Shown in pieces: positions 48,697-59,094 of a stretch of 64,000 bases of DNA. The notes below the pieces were generated by a model. That model was not told where the DNA came from. It saw only the letters and a list, made by a program, of their open reading frames with translations, and ran no database searches. The number at the start of each line of letters is the position of its first letter. Positions within the stretch are counted from its first letter, which is position 1. Position numbers and translations under genes: made by a program. The stretch comes from Thermodesulfobacteriota bacterium (GTDB taxonomy: Bacteria; Desulfobacterota_D; UBA1144; Nemesobacterales; UBA2774), in NCBI GenBank assembly GCA_041390285.1, contig JAWKQD010000007.1:26675-90674 (forward strand). Direction: 5' to 3'.

Positions 48697-49031
48697 AATG
48701 GTTGAAAAAAAGATACTAGATACTCATAGACTTCTTGAATGCTGTTTTGCATTTATACGTACCTTTCAAATCCTGATTCTGGTTAATAAATATGAAAGGC
48801 ATGAAACCCGAAAATCGACAATTCATAATGACAGTTATCGCCTGCCTGGAAAGCACTGAAAAAAATATTCATGAAATCCTGACCTGTTAAGTTGACTTTG
48901 TGCTTCTCAAAAAAAGCCCGGATTATTGTTAAAAAATAGATGTAGCTCTATTGCTTATCTTAAAGACTTTTTATACACATAATACACATATTTTGAATCT
49001 TGTAACAACATCTCCCAAATTTCATATACGG

Positions 49032-49260
49032 CCGGAAAGTGAACGAGAGGTGAAGAAATTCACGGAGGCGTGTGCATCGGCCGGGTCCGAAATCTTACTG
49101 AGAGATTTTAAAAATCCCTTCCGGCCGTGTTCGACGTGGGAGAGGTGAGGGCGCAGCTCGAATCCCAAGCACTGTCACCTACAAACAGAACTCGTGAGCT
49201 ACAGGCACTTTATCGTGTACGGCCCTCGCTCGCGGATCAGTCCCCGGCCTGAACGCGCCT
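49032..49260 (+). repeat. copy 2 of the methyltransferase 3'-end repeat (pseudogene fragment; ORF 48951-49148 translates ...SEILLRDFKNPFRPCSTWER)
   Basis: see copy 1; protein-level similarity to EPEILQRDFYNSLLAAFDVGE..HLQTEIVSDRHFIVYGP. Confidence 0.75.
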
Positions 49261-49261
49261 T

Positions 49262-49742
49262 CCGGAGAACGTATCCGAGACGACGTTCTCGGGCACGGAG
49301 TCGGGGTCGAGCGGATCCACGCCGGGGGCGTAGAAGCTGACTGTAAGCCCGCCATCTATGCCGGCGCAGCCTCTACCTGAAAAGGTTACGTCGACGTTTA
49401 CCTTGGCGATATTCGCAAGGCTGCCGTCGGCGTTAAATGAAAAGTCGAGCGTCGTTCCCTCGGCCTCGCGTTTTCAGTCTTCTTCCACGCGCCTTGCTCG
49501 TCCGTGAAGTCGAGCGCCTTCTGCGCAGAGCTGGTTATGAACATCACCCACCGGGGCCGAATGTCCAGAGGCTCTGGGTGCCGCTGCCTTCCTCGACGAG
49601 GAATGTGCCTATGAAGCATTCCGGAAATCCTCGGGCTTGCATGGTCTGCCGTTGCGGCGGACGCCGTAAGCGATAAAAAGAGAAAAGCCGCTGCGGTGAG
49701 CCCCGGCAGCAACAGTGTTTTCTTAAAAGAATCGAAATTCAT
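49262..49742 (-). CDS. hypothetical secreted protein, apparently frameshifted
   Basis: signal peptide MNFDSFKKTLLLPGLTAAAFLFLSLTASAATA; downstream sequence reads as protein only by switching frames (..FPECFIGTFLVEEGSGTQSLWTFGPGG.. / ..LDFSFNADGSLANIAKVNVDVTFSGRG..). Confidence 0.3.
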
Positions 49743-49906
49743 TATCCCCTCCTCGAATATCTATAGGTCAGATTAAATGTATACCCATTCCGGCGCGGGG
49801 CGTAAAATAATCCCCTGCAAAACCGGGTGGTTGAAAATCCCCGAGCGTGGTCTAGTATATCCGAAGCAGTCGGCCCGGTTCCGCCCGCCGGCGAAAGGAG
49901 GTTTCC

Positions 49907-50392
49907 ATGCAGAATCAGATCGAAAAAGAGGCCGTCGAGGTATCCAACTCGGAGCTGGTCTTCCCCACACATACGAACCACTACGGAACCATATTCGGAG
50001 GCAGGGTGCTGGAGCTGATGGATATGACGGCCGCGATGGCGGCGATGAAGTTCGCCGGCGAGGATACCGTTACGGCGTCCATAGAAGCGGTCGATTTCAA
50101 GCAGCCGATTAAAGTAGGCGACATAATGGAGATAACGGCGCGGGTAATACACACCGCGAGCACGTCGATGGTGGTGAAGGTGGACGTCTACAAGATAAGC
50201 AAAGGAAACCCGAAAAAGGAGTTTACCTGCAGGGGGCATGTCGTGTTCGTCGCGGTAGACGCCGACGGAAAGCCCATACCCGTTCCGGCGCTAAAGCTCG
50301 TCACGGAAGAAGACGAGCGGAACTGGAAGATAGGCGAGAAGATAAAGGAGATCAGCAAGGAGAGGAGAGACCTCCACTCGGACGTCCTTTGA
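49907..50392 (+). CDS. acyl-CoA thioesterase, hotdog fold (YciA-like)
   Basis: VFPTHTNHYGTIFGGRVLELMDMTAAMAAM ... ITARVIHTASTSMVVKVDV. Confidence 0.85.
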   Translation: MQNQIEKEAVEVSNSELVFPTHTNHYGTIFGGRVLELMDMTAAMAAMKFAGEDTVTASIEAVDFKQPIKVGDIMEITARVIHTASTSMVVKVDVYKISKGNPKKEFTCRGHVVFVAVDADGKPIPVPALKLVTEEDERNWKIGEKIKEISKERRDLHSDVL

Positions 50393-50433
50393 ATTTTCGT
50401 ATGCGGGCTCGGAGGACCTAAACGCCGGATCCG

Positions 50434-50700
50434 TTATTCCGGCATCTGGGATTCCGCTTCGGAGCAGGAGACCTGGCCGTTGTCGCCCGAGAGCCTGTTG
50501 CAGTCGTATGTGTAACCGTTACAGAGAGCGGTCCACTCTGCGCTGCCGTCCTGGTTGATCTTGTGCTCGATGATCTCTATCTGGCCCGAGTCGCACGGTA
50601 TCTGGCCCGCAGATTGATCCTGAAGTGGGCCTATAACGTAGGGATTCCCGCAGGAAGCCGCAAGCGCGAGAAGCGCCGATAATGCAAATATTTTTTTCAT
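50434..50700 (-). CDS. small cysteine-rich lipoprotein, hypothetical
   Basis: MKKIFALSALLALAASCG lipobox; 6 Cys in 88 aa. Confidence 0.5.
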   Translation of the reverse strand: MKKIFALSALLALAASCGNPYVIGPLQDQSAGQIPCDSGQIEIIEHKINQDGSAEWTALCNGYTYDCNRLSGDNGQVSCSEAESQMPE

Positions 50701-50784
50701 CCCGTCACCGCCTTTATGGTTTAATCTGTAATTATAACGTCTAAACAGAGAATGTCCGGCGTTCGCTCGTTTTCGGAGGAAATT

Positions 50785-51804
50785 ATGAGAGCAGTTGTGT
50801 TGAGAAAGACCGGGGGGCCGGAGGTGCTTTCCGTATCGGAGGCGGACGAGCCGCGCCCCGGGAGGGGAGAGGTGCTCGTTTCCGTTTCGTATTCGGGCAT
50901 AAACTACGCCGAGATACTATCGCGGAAGGGGCTTTACGGCTGGGCCCCGAAGCGTCCTTACATACTAGGAATGGAATGTTCGGGCGTTATAGAGGCGGTG
51001 GGGGAGGGCGTGTCTTCCTCGCGCATGGGGGAGAGGGTGATGGCCGGAGCGAAGCACGGCTGCTATGCAGAAAAGATCGCCGTGCCCGAGGCGAGCGCCG
51101 TACCCGTACCCGACGGGTATTCGATGGAAGAGGGCGCGGCCTTTCTAGTGAATTACATGACGGCGTGGGTGTGCCTCTTCAGGATGGCGAGGCTCCGGGT
51201 GGGGGAGAAGCTGCTTGTCACGGCCGCAGCCGGCGGGGTAGGGACGGCAGCGGTGAAGCTCGCTTCCTCCGCAGGAGCCGAAGTGTACGGCATGGCGGGG
51301 AGCGCGGAGAAGTGCGCGCTCGTGGAATCCCTCGGCGCGGCCAGGTGTTTTAACTACAGGAGCGAGAACGCTTTCAAGGAGCTCCTTGCAGCGACGGGTG
51401 GCGTGGACGCGGTACTCGAAGTTGTGGGCGGGAAGGTATACAAGCGGAGCCTCGACGTCCTGAATCCGTTCGGGAGGGTAGTCGTCGCGGGATTCGCCGG
51501 CCTCGACCTAGACAAGAGGAATCCGCTTTCCTGGCTGAAGACGTGGCGGGACATACCGCGCGCCGACGTCGGGATGATGGCCGAGAGGTCCATAGGCGTG
51601 ATGTCGTCACACCTGGGCTACCTCCTCGACAGGGAGCCGGGGATTATGACGGAGGTCTATGCGGCGCTCGAAAAATTCGTCGGGGAGCATAATATAAGGC
51701 CTGTAGTCGGGAAGGTGTTCCCACTCGAAGACGCTTCCGCCGCGCACGAGCACGTGGAATCGAGGAAGAGCACCGGGAAGGTGCTTCTAAAAGTCGGCGG
51801 GTGA
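50785..51804 (+). CDS. NADPH:quinone oxidoreductase / zinc-independent MDR-family oxidoreductase
   Basis: MRAVVLRKTGGPEVLSV, GINYAEIL, Rossmann LLVTAAAGGVGTAAVKLA. Confidence 0.85.
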   Translation: MRAVVLRKTGGPEVLSVSEADEPRPGRGEVLVSVSYSGINYAEILSRKGLYGWAPKRPYILGMECSGVIEAVGEGVSSSRMGERVMAGAKHGCYAEKIAVPEASAVPVPDGYSMEEGAAFLVNYMTAWVCLFRMARLRVGEKLLVTAAAGGVGTAAVKLASSAGAEVYGMAGSAEKCALVESLGAARCFNYRSENAFKELLAATGGVDAVLEVVGGKVYKRSLDVLNPFGRVVVAGFAGLDLDKRNPLSWLKTWRDIPRADVGMMAERSIGVMSSHLGYLLDREPGIMTEVYAALEKFVGEHNIRPVVGKVFPLEDASAAHEHVESRKSTGKVLLKVGG

Positions 51805-51840
51805 CCTGTTAAAGTGACTCGGTAGCGGCGCGGGAGGGCG

Positions 51841-52991
51841 TCACGCCATCTCGTCTTCTTCGGAGACGAGCCTGTTGAGGATTTCCCTCTGTATGTTTTC
51901 TATTTCTTCTTTTGCCTGCGTGATCTCGTCCGTGGGCTTTCCGCGCTCGCGGTATTCCTCGACGAGCTCACCCAGCCGGGAGCTTATGTGCTTGAGCTTG
52001 GTCTGGGCCTCGATGTTGGCCTTTATCAGCATCTCTTCGTTTTCCCACTCGCGCCTGGAGTATCCCTCGAGCTCCTTTGCCTGGATTAGGAGCTCACGGA
52101 GCCTGTCCTTGTATCCGTGGAGGGATTGATGAATGACGGATTGTATCTCGGCCCTCTCGCCGGGCTCTCTCCAGAGGACGTTTTCGAATAGTCTTAAGTC
52201 TTCCTCGGAAACGCTGCCCCGTCCTTCGAGATACGCCCTTGCCTTAAGGAGCGAAACGGAATGCTTGTATCTCCTGTCGGAGGGGACGATGCCCTTTTTC
52301 GCAAGCTCTTTACGGATGCGTGATATGAGCTTGAGGATGTTCGACGGGACAGCGACCTCACGCGCCCCTGCCGCACAGGATTCGAGCTCGGACGACGTAA
52401 TCGTCAGACCTCCCGTTTCGCCGTCGTCGGAGTTCAGCATCTTTAAAAACCTGAAATCCTCTTTTATGTAATCGACGACGTAGCGGAGCAGGAACCTGTC
52501 GTATAGGGCTTCGAGCTCGTCCTCTTCAGACGGGAGCTCGTTGCTCGCGCCGAAGAGCGTTATGAGCGGAATAGCCGTTTTCTCCGTGCCGTTATAGAAA
52601 ATGCGCTCGTTCATTACGGTGAGGAGGGTGTTCAGAATCGAAGAGCTGGCCTTGAATATCTCGTCCAGAAACACGATGTGCGCCTCGGGAGCTTGCCCGC
52701 CGTTACCCTTCTGTATTCGTCGTTTTCGAGGCCCTTCAGGCTCACTGCGCCGAAGAGCTCCTCGGGCGTCGTGAATTTCGTAAGGAGCCACTGGAAATAA
52801 TGCGCTCCCTCGATCCTCCGGCAGACGTCGTTCGCGAGCTGCGACTTGGCTGTTCCCGGAGGGCCGACCAATAGAAGATGGCTCCCCGTGAGAAGCGCGC
52901 AGAACGCGCCGTCTATGACCTCGTCCCTTTCGAGGTAGCGGGCCTTCAGCTCGGCCCTTATCTTGCGAAGTTTCTCTAAAGCTCTTTCCAT
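51841..52991 (-). CDS. RavA/MoxR-like AAA+ ATPase with long C-terminal coiled-coil; translationally coupled to gspK (16-nt overlap); one apparent frameshift near 52690-52720
   Basis: N-terminus MERALEKLRKIRAELKARYLERDEVIDGAFCALLTGSHLLLVGPPGTAKSQLAN (Walker A) collinear with E. coli RavA; HIVFLDEIFKASSSILNTLLTVMNER (Walker B/sensor), LFGASNELPSEEDELEALYDRF. Confidence 0.75.
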
Positions 52992-54121
52992 GTGACTATG
53001 TCTACTACGAATTCCCGTCCCTGTCGTTTTTTCTTGATTACGGCCTCGATGATTCTCCTCGTCGGGCTCGCCTCTCCTAGTATACCCTCGGACCTCACGG
53101 TGAAAACCTCGCTCTCCCCCGTTCCCTGCCCGAGACCGACGAGCCCGGCGATTATCTGCGACGTCGGATCCACGTCGCGTACTATATCTCTTACCTTCTT
53201 GCTATCGACTATCGGATCATTCTTCCGCGCCTCGAGAATTTCGTCCACTATCTGCTCTGCGGTGCTGTCGTCTATGGGGTCTATCTCCGATCCCTGGCCC
53301 GGTATGGCGGGCACGGTGGCGGCCTTGAGCGCGGCCACCATTACGACCCTAGATGCGGTGCTGAAATTAATTTTCTTGTCTATCGGGTAGACGGTGACGT
53401 AATCCTTTACGGTGTTATAAAACTCGTCGTCCATTCCGTCCACCATTCGTATTTCCTCGACGGTGTCGAGCGGGCCGTCCTTTATTCTGTATGCGGGCTG
53501 GAGCCCGGCGTAGAAGTCCGCGTTCGCCCCGGCGGAGTCCTGATCGTTTACGGTTCCTTCCTTCGGCACGTCTAGCCAGTTTACCAGGCTCGAAAGGAAT
53601 CTCTCGGACTTGCTCGTGTCTACCCCGAGCAGGCGGAAGAGCTCCCTCAGCTCGGCGAGCACCTGCTGGTCCACAATATTAGAGTCGGTGCTTACGAGCG
53701 AGTTGAGGTTAATCTTCGAACGCTCGTCCGTGATGGTAATGGAGACGCTCCCCTGGCCGACCGGGAAGTAGGGGACGCTTAGGGCCCATAACCCGTCGTC
53801 CCTTCCCGCGCTGCCGCCCACCGAGCCCATCATGGCGGAGAGCTCCTCTAGCGCCTGGGCGCTGAAGGCCCCGGCGGCGACCTGGACGCCGGACTTGGCA
53901 ATATAGCGCGCCTTGACCTCGTCCCGCGTGTTCATTGAGATTTCGGAGTCTATCTGCGTGAAGTAGATAAGGTCCGTAACCAGTATCATGAGTATTGCGA
54001 TTACAATTATGACTATGACGAGGACAATGCCCTTTTCCGAATCCCTTCCGGGCGGAACCGCCCCGCCTTCTCCGCGGTTTACATAGACATCTTTTTTTAG
54101 AGCCGTTCGTTCTTTTCGCAT
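52976..54121 (-). CDS. gspK: type II secretion system minor pseudopilin GspK
   Basis: 381 aa; N-terminal hydrophobic helix GIVLVIVIIVIAILMILVTDLIYF, ITITDERSKINLNSL (GspK signature), two helix-hairpin-helix-like regions. Confidence 0.8.
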   Translation of the reverse strand: MRKERTALKKDVYVNRGEGGAVPPGRDSEKGIVLVIVIIVIAILMILVTDLIYFTQIDSEISMNTRDEVKARYIAKSGVQVAAGAFSAQALEELSAMMGSVGGSAGRDDGLWALSVPYFPVGQGSVSITITDERSKINLNSLVSTDSNIVDQQVLAELRELFRLLGVDTSKSERFLSSLVNWLDVPKEGTVNDQDSAGANADFYAGLQPAYRIKDGPLDTVEEIRMVDGMDDEFYNTVKDYVTVYPIDKKINFSTASRVVMVAALKAATVPAIPGQGSEIDPIDDSTAEQIVDEILEARKNDPIVDSKKVRDIVRDVDPTSQIIAGLVGLGQGTGESEVFTVRSEGILGEASPTRRIIEAVIKKKRQGREFVVDIVTWKEL

Positions 54122-54128
54122 GTTCCCG

Positions 54129-54788
54129 TCAATCGACTATCGGTAAGGTTATCATAGAGCTGAATTCTATATTCTCGCCCCTGGGGTCTCTCATCATTAT
54201 CTCGACGTTTACCGCCCTCGGCAGCGACAGCATTTCGTTCGAGTTCCATTCGAGCGTCGGCTCGGGTATCTCGCCGAGCTCGTTCGGGCCGGCAAAGTAG
54301 GTCAGGCGGAAACCGACCACGCGCTCCGAAAGGGGGAACTGCGTTCCGCCCTCCTCGTTTTCTATCGTCGGATTATCGCGCCTCATGAGCGCGAAGAGAT
54401 CCGAGTCCGGCACCGGGAGGAGGTAGTAGCTTATCTCGGTCTGGTCGGATTCTCTAGTGCCGTAAGCGGGGCTCCTAGAAAGGGCCGTAAAGATAAGGCT
54501 GCTGAAATTCCCGTCCTGGACGCCGTAGAAATAGGGCAGCGTTATATTCGTGCTTTCGGAATTCACGAGACCCCGCGGATAGGCCATGGCCAGATCCTTC
54601 GTTATCTTGGCCATAACTACCCTCGCTTCGTGGTAGAGATCGAGCTCCTCTTCTATCCTCTCCTTCGCCTTTATTATCTGGAAGAAAGAGGCGTAGAGCG
54701 CCGTGAGCACTATCGACCCTATGAATATGGCCAGGAGGACTTCCATAAGGGTAAAACCCTCATTTGTAGTCCGACATTGCCGTTCCAA
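54129..54788 (-). CDS. gspJ: type II secretion system pseudopilin GspJ
   Basis: [27 protein letters not shown] prepilin N-terminus; 219 aa; operon position. Confidence 0.65.
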   Translation of the reverse strand: MERQCRTTNEGFTLMEVLLAIFIGSIVLTALYASFFQIIKAKERIEEELDLYHEARVVMAKITKDLAMAYPRGLVNSESTNITLPYFYGVQDGNFSSLIFTALSRSPAYGTRESDQTEISYYLLPVPDSDLFALMRRDNPTIENEEGGTQFPLSERVVGFRLTYFAGPNELGEIPEPTLEWNSNEMLSLPRAVNVEIMMRDPRGENIEFSSMITLPIVD

Positions 54789-55164
54789 CTGTAAACTCCT
54801 TGTTTCCTTCGTCCCAGGTTATGGTGAGTATTACGATTCTTATGTCGGCGCCGAGCTGCTCGATATTGTAGGGCTGGACCGAGAGGTACCAGCTGAAATC
54901 CGGGGCTTCTTCGAAGACGCCCTGCTGGTTGCCTATGTCGGGGAGCCCTATGAGCTCTATTTCGCCGAGCTTTTTTTGCGCGAGAAACGAAGCGATCGTG
55001 ATGTTCTTCGACTGGGAAGCCATCAGGAGGTTTTTGTTCACCGCACCGAGAAGTATGGCGAGCGACGAGCCTATTATGGCCACGGCTATGATGACTTCGA
55101 GAAGCGTGAAGCCGCGGTTTCCCCGCCGTCCGCGCGCGTCGATTTTACCGGTAGGCCGGGACAT
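54760..55164 (-). CDS. gspI: type II secretion system pseudopilin GspI
   Basis: [28 protein letters not shown] prepilin N-terminus; 134 aa. Confidence 0.65.
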   Translation of the reverse strand: MSRPTGKIDARGRRGNRGFTLLEVIIAVAIIGSSLAILLGAVNKNLLMASQSKNITIASFLAQKKLGEIELIGLPDIGNQQGVFEEAPDFSWYLSVQPYNIEQLGADIRIVILTITWDEGNKEFTVGTAMSDYK

Positions 55165-55684
55165 ACTGCCCTCCGTCGAGGACGTTCACGTATTCATTGT
55201 AAACCCTTGTGCCGCCGGTGTAGGGCTTTGTCTGGATTGTGAAATTGTCCCCGTTGTCCGATTGGAGATGAATGGCCGCGGGCTCTACGTAGCCCGTTGG
55301 CAGGAAGAGTATGTAATCCGGCTCCTGCCCGAGCGTCGAGCTCCTGGCCGCATTCCTTTCGGTAAGCACGCTTTGAAAATGCACCCCGCTCGGCAGCCTA
55401 CGCCTCTGTTTGAGGTAGTCCGCCGTTACGAGATATTCGTTGTTTACAAGAACCTCGACCCAGTATTCGTCACGGTCCACGTCGAAAACGAGCCTGTACA
55501 TTTCCTTCTTGAACGCAGCCTCGTTGTAAAGATATTTAATCGTGCCGGTGAGGCTCCTGGACGCGCTCTTGATGTTAAAGTCCGTGCTGCTTCTTAACCT
55601 GGGCACGGCTATATAAACGAGCGCGCTCACCAGTATCGTAACCACCAGGAGCTCAATCATCGTAAAGCCCTTTTGGGAGCTCAT
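55145..55684 (-). CDS. gspH: type II secretion system pseudopilin GspH
   Basis: [30 protein letters not shown]; start chosen at internal ATG 55684 (ORF track start 55861 gives an Arg-rich non-protein-like extension). Confidence 0.65.
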   Translation of the reverse strand: MSSQKGFTMIELLVVTILVSALVYIAVPRLRSSTDFNIKSASRSLTGTIKYLYNEAAFKKEMYRLVFDVDRDEYWVEVLVNNEYLVTADYLKQRRRLPSGVHFQSVLTERNAARSSTLGQEPDYILFLPTGYVEPAAIHLQSDNGDNFTIQTKPYTGGTRVYNEYVNVLDGGQYVPAYR

Positions 55685-56109
55685 CTTATCCCGCGGCTGG
55701 ATATGTCGTCCTCTGTTTGCTGAACCGCGTCCTCGCCGAGGGATATTATTTCGTAGGTTCCGTCGCCGGTCTGGTCGGGGCCTATGTATATGAATTCGCT
55801 CTTCCAGCCGTCGAGAGGCACCTTGTCGCCTTCGAGGTAGCCGCTCCTGGAGTAGCAGCAAGGCTCCCTGCCCGAGGTGGGCCGCTGAATAAGGGCCATG
55901 AGCCCCTGCTGGGTCTCCGGATAAAAGCCGTTATCGAGCTTAAAGAGCTTGAGCGCGGACTCGATATTCTTTATCTGGATCTTGGTCTCTTCGATCTTCG
56001 CCTCGCCGAATCGCCCGATGACGTTCGTGCCCACGATGTAGGCAAGACCCGCGATGATCAAAAGGACCACCATAATTTCTATAAGAGTGAAACCACCCTG
56101 TGCTCTCAT
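55681..56109 (-). CDS. gspG: type II secretion system major pseudopilin GspG
   Basis: MRAQGGFTLIEIMVVLLIIAGLAYIVG, KNIESALKLFKLDNGFYPETQQGLMALIQRPTSG, GDGTYEIISLGED (GspG calcium-site region). Confidence 0.9.
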   Translation of the reverse strand: MRAQGGFTLIEIMVVLLIIAGLAYIVGTNVIGRFGEAKIEETKIQIKNIESALKLFKLDNGFYPETQQGLMALIQRPTSGREPCCYSRSGYLEGDKVPLDGWKSEFIYIGPDQTGDGTYEIISLGEDAVQQTEDDISSRGIR

Positions 56110-56127
56110 TTCTTCTTTACCTCCTGT

Positions 56128-57333
56128 TTATCCTATTGTCGATGTAAGGCTGAATATCGGCAGGAGCACGGCGAACACGATGAACCCCATGATCGCGCCG
56201 ATGATGACTATCATAACCGGTTCGAGAAGAGACGTAAGCGTGGAGACCATGGTTTCCACCTGCTGGTCGTAGATGTCCGCGACCTTCGTGAGCATCTCTT
56301 CCATTTCGCCGGTTTGCTCGCCGACCGCGACCATTCGCGTGACGAGCGGCGGGAACACCCCGCTGTCCTTGAGCGGTTTTGCGAGGCTGGCGCCCTCGCG
56401 CACGTTGTCCCTTACCTCTTCGAGAGCCTCGCTGTAGACCTTGTTGCCCATGACCGCCTCGCCGATCGTAAGCGCGTCCAGGAGCGGGATACCGCTCGCG
56501 AGAAGCGTTCCCAATGTCCTCGTGAACCTCGATATCATTACCATGGACGATATCTTTCCGAATATGGGCAGCTTCAGCGACAGCCTGTCGAAAAGCATTT
56601 TCCCCCGCTCCGTCTTGTAGAACCTGAATGCCCCGAAAAGCAGAATCGGCAGCGCTATGAGGAGAAGGAGAATATGACTGCTGAAAAAGCCGCTTATGCT
56701 GATAAGTATAACCGTCATGGTCGGGAGAGCCTTGTCGCTGTCCTCGAATATCTTGGAAATACGGGGTATTACGTAGGTCATTGTGAAGAAGAGCACGCCG
56801 CCGCCGATTACGAACATGAATATTGGATATATGAGAGCGCTTCTTACGCGGGACGTCAGCGCCGCTTGCTTTTCGAGAAAGTCGGCGAGCCTGTAGAGCA
56901 CGATGTCCAGCGTTCCGCTGGCTTCGCCCGCGCGGACGATGTTGATGTAGAGATCCGAGAACACGCTTTTGTGTTCGGCCAGGGCATTTGCGAGCGAGCT
57001 TCCTTCGCTGACCCTGTCCCTGACCTGGGTCAGTATCTGCCCGAGCCGGGCGTCTTCCGTCTGCTCGGAAAGCGCGACAAGGGACGCCTCGAGCGGAAGC
57101 CCCGCGGATATGAGCGTAGAGAACTGCCTCGTCGTTACGGCGAGCTCGGAGATGTTTATACCCTTAAAGGGAATAAAGCTCCTCGACTTTCCTTCTTTTA
57201 CTTCGTTGAGCGACGAGAGGAATACGCCCTGACGCTTGAGCTTGTCCGTGGCGCCCTTTGGCGAATCGGCGTCTATTACGCCCTGGACGGCCTTTCCGGC
57301 CTCGTCGATGGCTTTGTATTTATATACCGGCAT
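56128..57333 (-). CDS. gspF: type II secretion system inner-membrane platform protein GspF
   Basis: 401 aa; MPVYKYKAIDEAGKAVQGVIDADS, two GspF repeats, 3 TM. Confidence 0.9.
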   Translation of the reverse strand: MPVYKYKAIDEAGKAVQGVIDADSPKGATDKLKRQGVFLSSLNEVKEGKSRSFIPFKGINISELAVTTRQFSTLISAGLPLEASLVALSEQTEDARLGQILTQVRDRVSEGSSLANALAEHKSVFSDLYINIVRAGEASGTLDIVLYRLADFLEKQAALTSRVRSALIYPIFMFVIGGGVLFFTMTYVIPRISKIFEDSDKALPTMTVILISISGFFSSHILLLLIALPILLFGAFRFYKTERGKMLFDRLSLKLPIFGKISSMVMISRFTRTLGTLLASGIPLLDALTIGEAVMGNKVYSEALEEVRDNVREGASLAKPLKDSGVFPPLVTRMVAVGEQTGEMEEMLTKVADIYDQQVETMVSTLTSLLEPVMIVIIGAIMGFIVFAVLLPIFSLTSTIG

Positions 57334-57380
57334 GTTCGATTGAGTATTCGGCGGTTATGGATGTTGACCCTGTCCGACCT

Positions 57381-59069
57381 TTAGTCCAAATCTACTATGT
57401 TTTCGTCTTCGGTTACCCTCATAACCTCGTCCACCGAAGTCAAACCCCTTATAATCTTCTCGGCCCCGTCCATTCTGAGCGTCGTCATTCCGTGCTCGAG
57501 GCCCATCTTTTTTATCTTGGAGGAATCGACCTTGCTTAGAGTGAGATTCCTTATATCGTCGTTTATAACCAGCATTTCGAATATTGCCATTCGCCCGCTG
57601 TAGCCCATGTTGAAGCACTTTTCGCATCCGGTGGCCCTGTAGAGTGTGCCGTCCCTGAGGCTGCTGCGCTTGATGCCTATGCGCCTGAGCTCGTCGTCGT
57701 GGGGCTCGTAGGGCTCCTTGCAGCTCGGGCAGAGGAACCTGAGGAGCCTCTGCGCTATAACGGCCATGAGCGAGGAGGCGACGAGGAAGGGCTCAATCTC
57801 CATATCGATGAGCCTCGTTATGGCGCTCGCGGAGTCGTTCGTGTGAAGCGTCGAAAAGACGAGGTGCCCCGTCAGCGACGCGTGTATGGAAATGTCGGCC
57901 GTTTCCCTGTCCCTGATTTCACCGACGAGAATGACGTCCGGGTCCTGCCTTAATATCGAGCGGAGCCCGTTGGCGAATGTGAGATTGACCTTGGTGTTTA
58001 CCTGTATCTGGTTTATACCCTGGATCTGGTATTCAACCGGGTCCTCGACCGTGATGATCTTCTTGTCCGGCGAGTTTATCCTTTCAAGCCCGGCGTAGAG
58101 AGTGGTCGTTTTACCGCTACCCGTAGGCCCTGTGACGAGTATGATGCCGTGCGGTCTGTGTATTAGTCCTTCGAATGTATGGAGCTTTGCGCCTTCGAGC
58201 CCGAGGTCTTCCAGGCTTAGAATGACGGAGGACCTGTCGAGAAGCCTCATGACGACGCTCTCCCCCCAGGTCGTGGGAACCGTCGAGATACGGACGTCCA
58301 CGTCCCTGCCCGCGACTTTAACCCTTATCCTTCCGTCCTGGGGCTTTCTCTTCTCGGCGATGTCGAGCTCGGCCATGATCTTGACCCTCGAAATAATCGA
58401 GGCCTGGAGCTTCTTCGGTACGGATGTTATCTCGTGGAGCATGCCGTCTTTTCTGAACCTGACGGACAGTTCCTTTTCAAAGCATTCGAGGTGAATATCG
58501 CTCGCCTTTTCCTTGATCGCCTGGAACAGGAGCGAGTTTACAAACCTGATTATCGGCGCTTCGTCGTCGGCGTCGAGGAGGTCCTTGGGCTCGTGTATGT
58601 CATACTCGGAAATTCCAGTCGAGTCGTCTTCTATCCCCTCGGTCATTTCCTTGCCGCGCTCGTAGACACGGTTGATGCTGTCGAGGAGGACCTGGTTAAG
58701 CGCTATGACGGGCTCGATCTCGCATTCGAAGAGCGATTTGAGCTCGTCGAGTACGTAGAGGTCGAGCGGCGGCGCGAAGATTATGACGACGCTGTCGTCC
58801 CGCCTCTGAAACGGGAGGAGCCTGAATTTCTTGGCGAAGCTTATCGGGAGAATCTTTATGAGCTCGGGATCTATATCGCGCTCGGATATTCTGAGCGTGT
58901 ACGGGAATTCGTAGAATTCCGAAAGTACTTCGAGTATTTCCTCGTCTTCGAGGACGTTCGATTTTATGAGGGTTTCTTCGAAACTTTCCTCGTTCTTCGC
59001 AAGGAGCTCGTCTATTTTGACGAGAGCGTCAGGATTCTTTTCGCTTACTATTTCCTGGATGCTTTTCAT
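57381..59069 (-). CDS. gspE: type II secretion system ATPase GspE
   Basis: start MKSIQEIV at 59069 with GGGAAAG..GGGA RBS; Walker A GPTGSGKTT, GEIRDRETA, tetracysteine CPSCKEP...GCEKCFNMGY, N1E domain present. Confidence 0.9.
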   Translation of the reverse strand: MKSIQEIVSEKNPDALVKIDELLAKNEESFEETLIKSNVLEDEEILEVLSEFYEFPYTLRISERDIDPELIKILPISFAKKFRLLPFQRRDDSVVIIFAPPLDLYVLDELKSLFECEIEPVIALNQVLLDSINRVYERGKEMTEGIEDDSTGISEYDIHEPKDLLDADDEAPIIRFVNSLLFQAIKEKASDIHLECFEKELSVRFRKDGMLHEITSVPKKLQASIISRVKIMAELDIAEKRKPQDGRIRVKVAGRDVDVRISTVPTTWGESVVMRLLDRSSVILSLEDLGLEGAKLHTFEGLIHRPHGIILVTGPTGSGKTTTLYAGLERINSPDKKIITVEDPVEYQIQGINQIQVNTKVNLTFANGLRSILRQDPDVILVGEIRDRETADISIHASLTGHLVFSTLHTNDSASAITRLIDMEIEPFLVASSLMAVIAQRLLRFLCPSCKEPYEPHDDELRRIGIKRSSLRDGTLYRATGCEKCFNMGYSGRMAIFEMLVINDDIRNLTLSKVDSSKIKKMGLEHGMTTLRMDGAEKIIRGLTSVDEVMRVTEDENIVDLD

Positions 59070-59094
59070 GATAATCCCGCTTTCCCAGCGACAG

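Noticed and set aside
55717-57384. 555-aa plus-strand ORF across gspG/gspF
   Set aside because: Antisense to GspF/GspG, which have diagnostic motifs; composition (HR-rich) not protein-like
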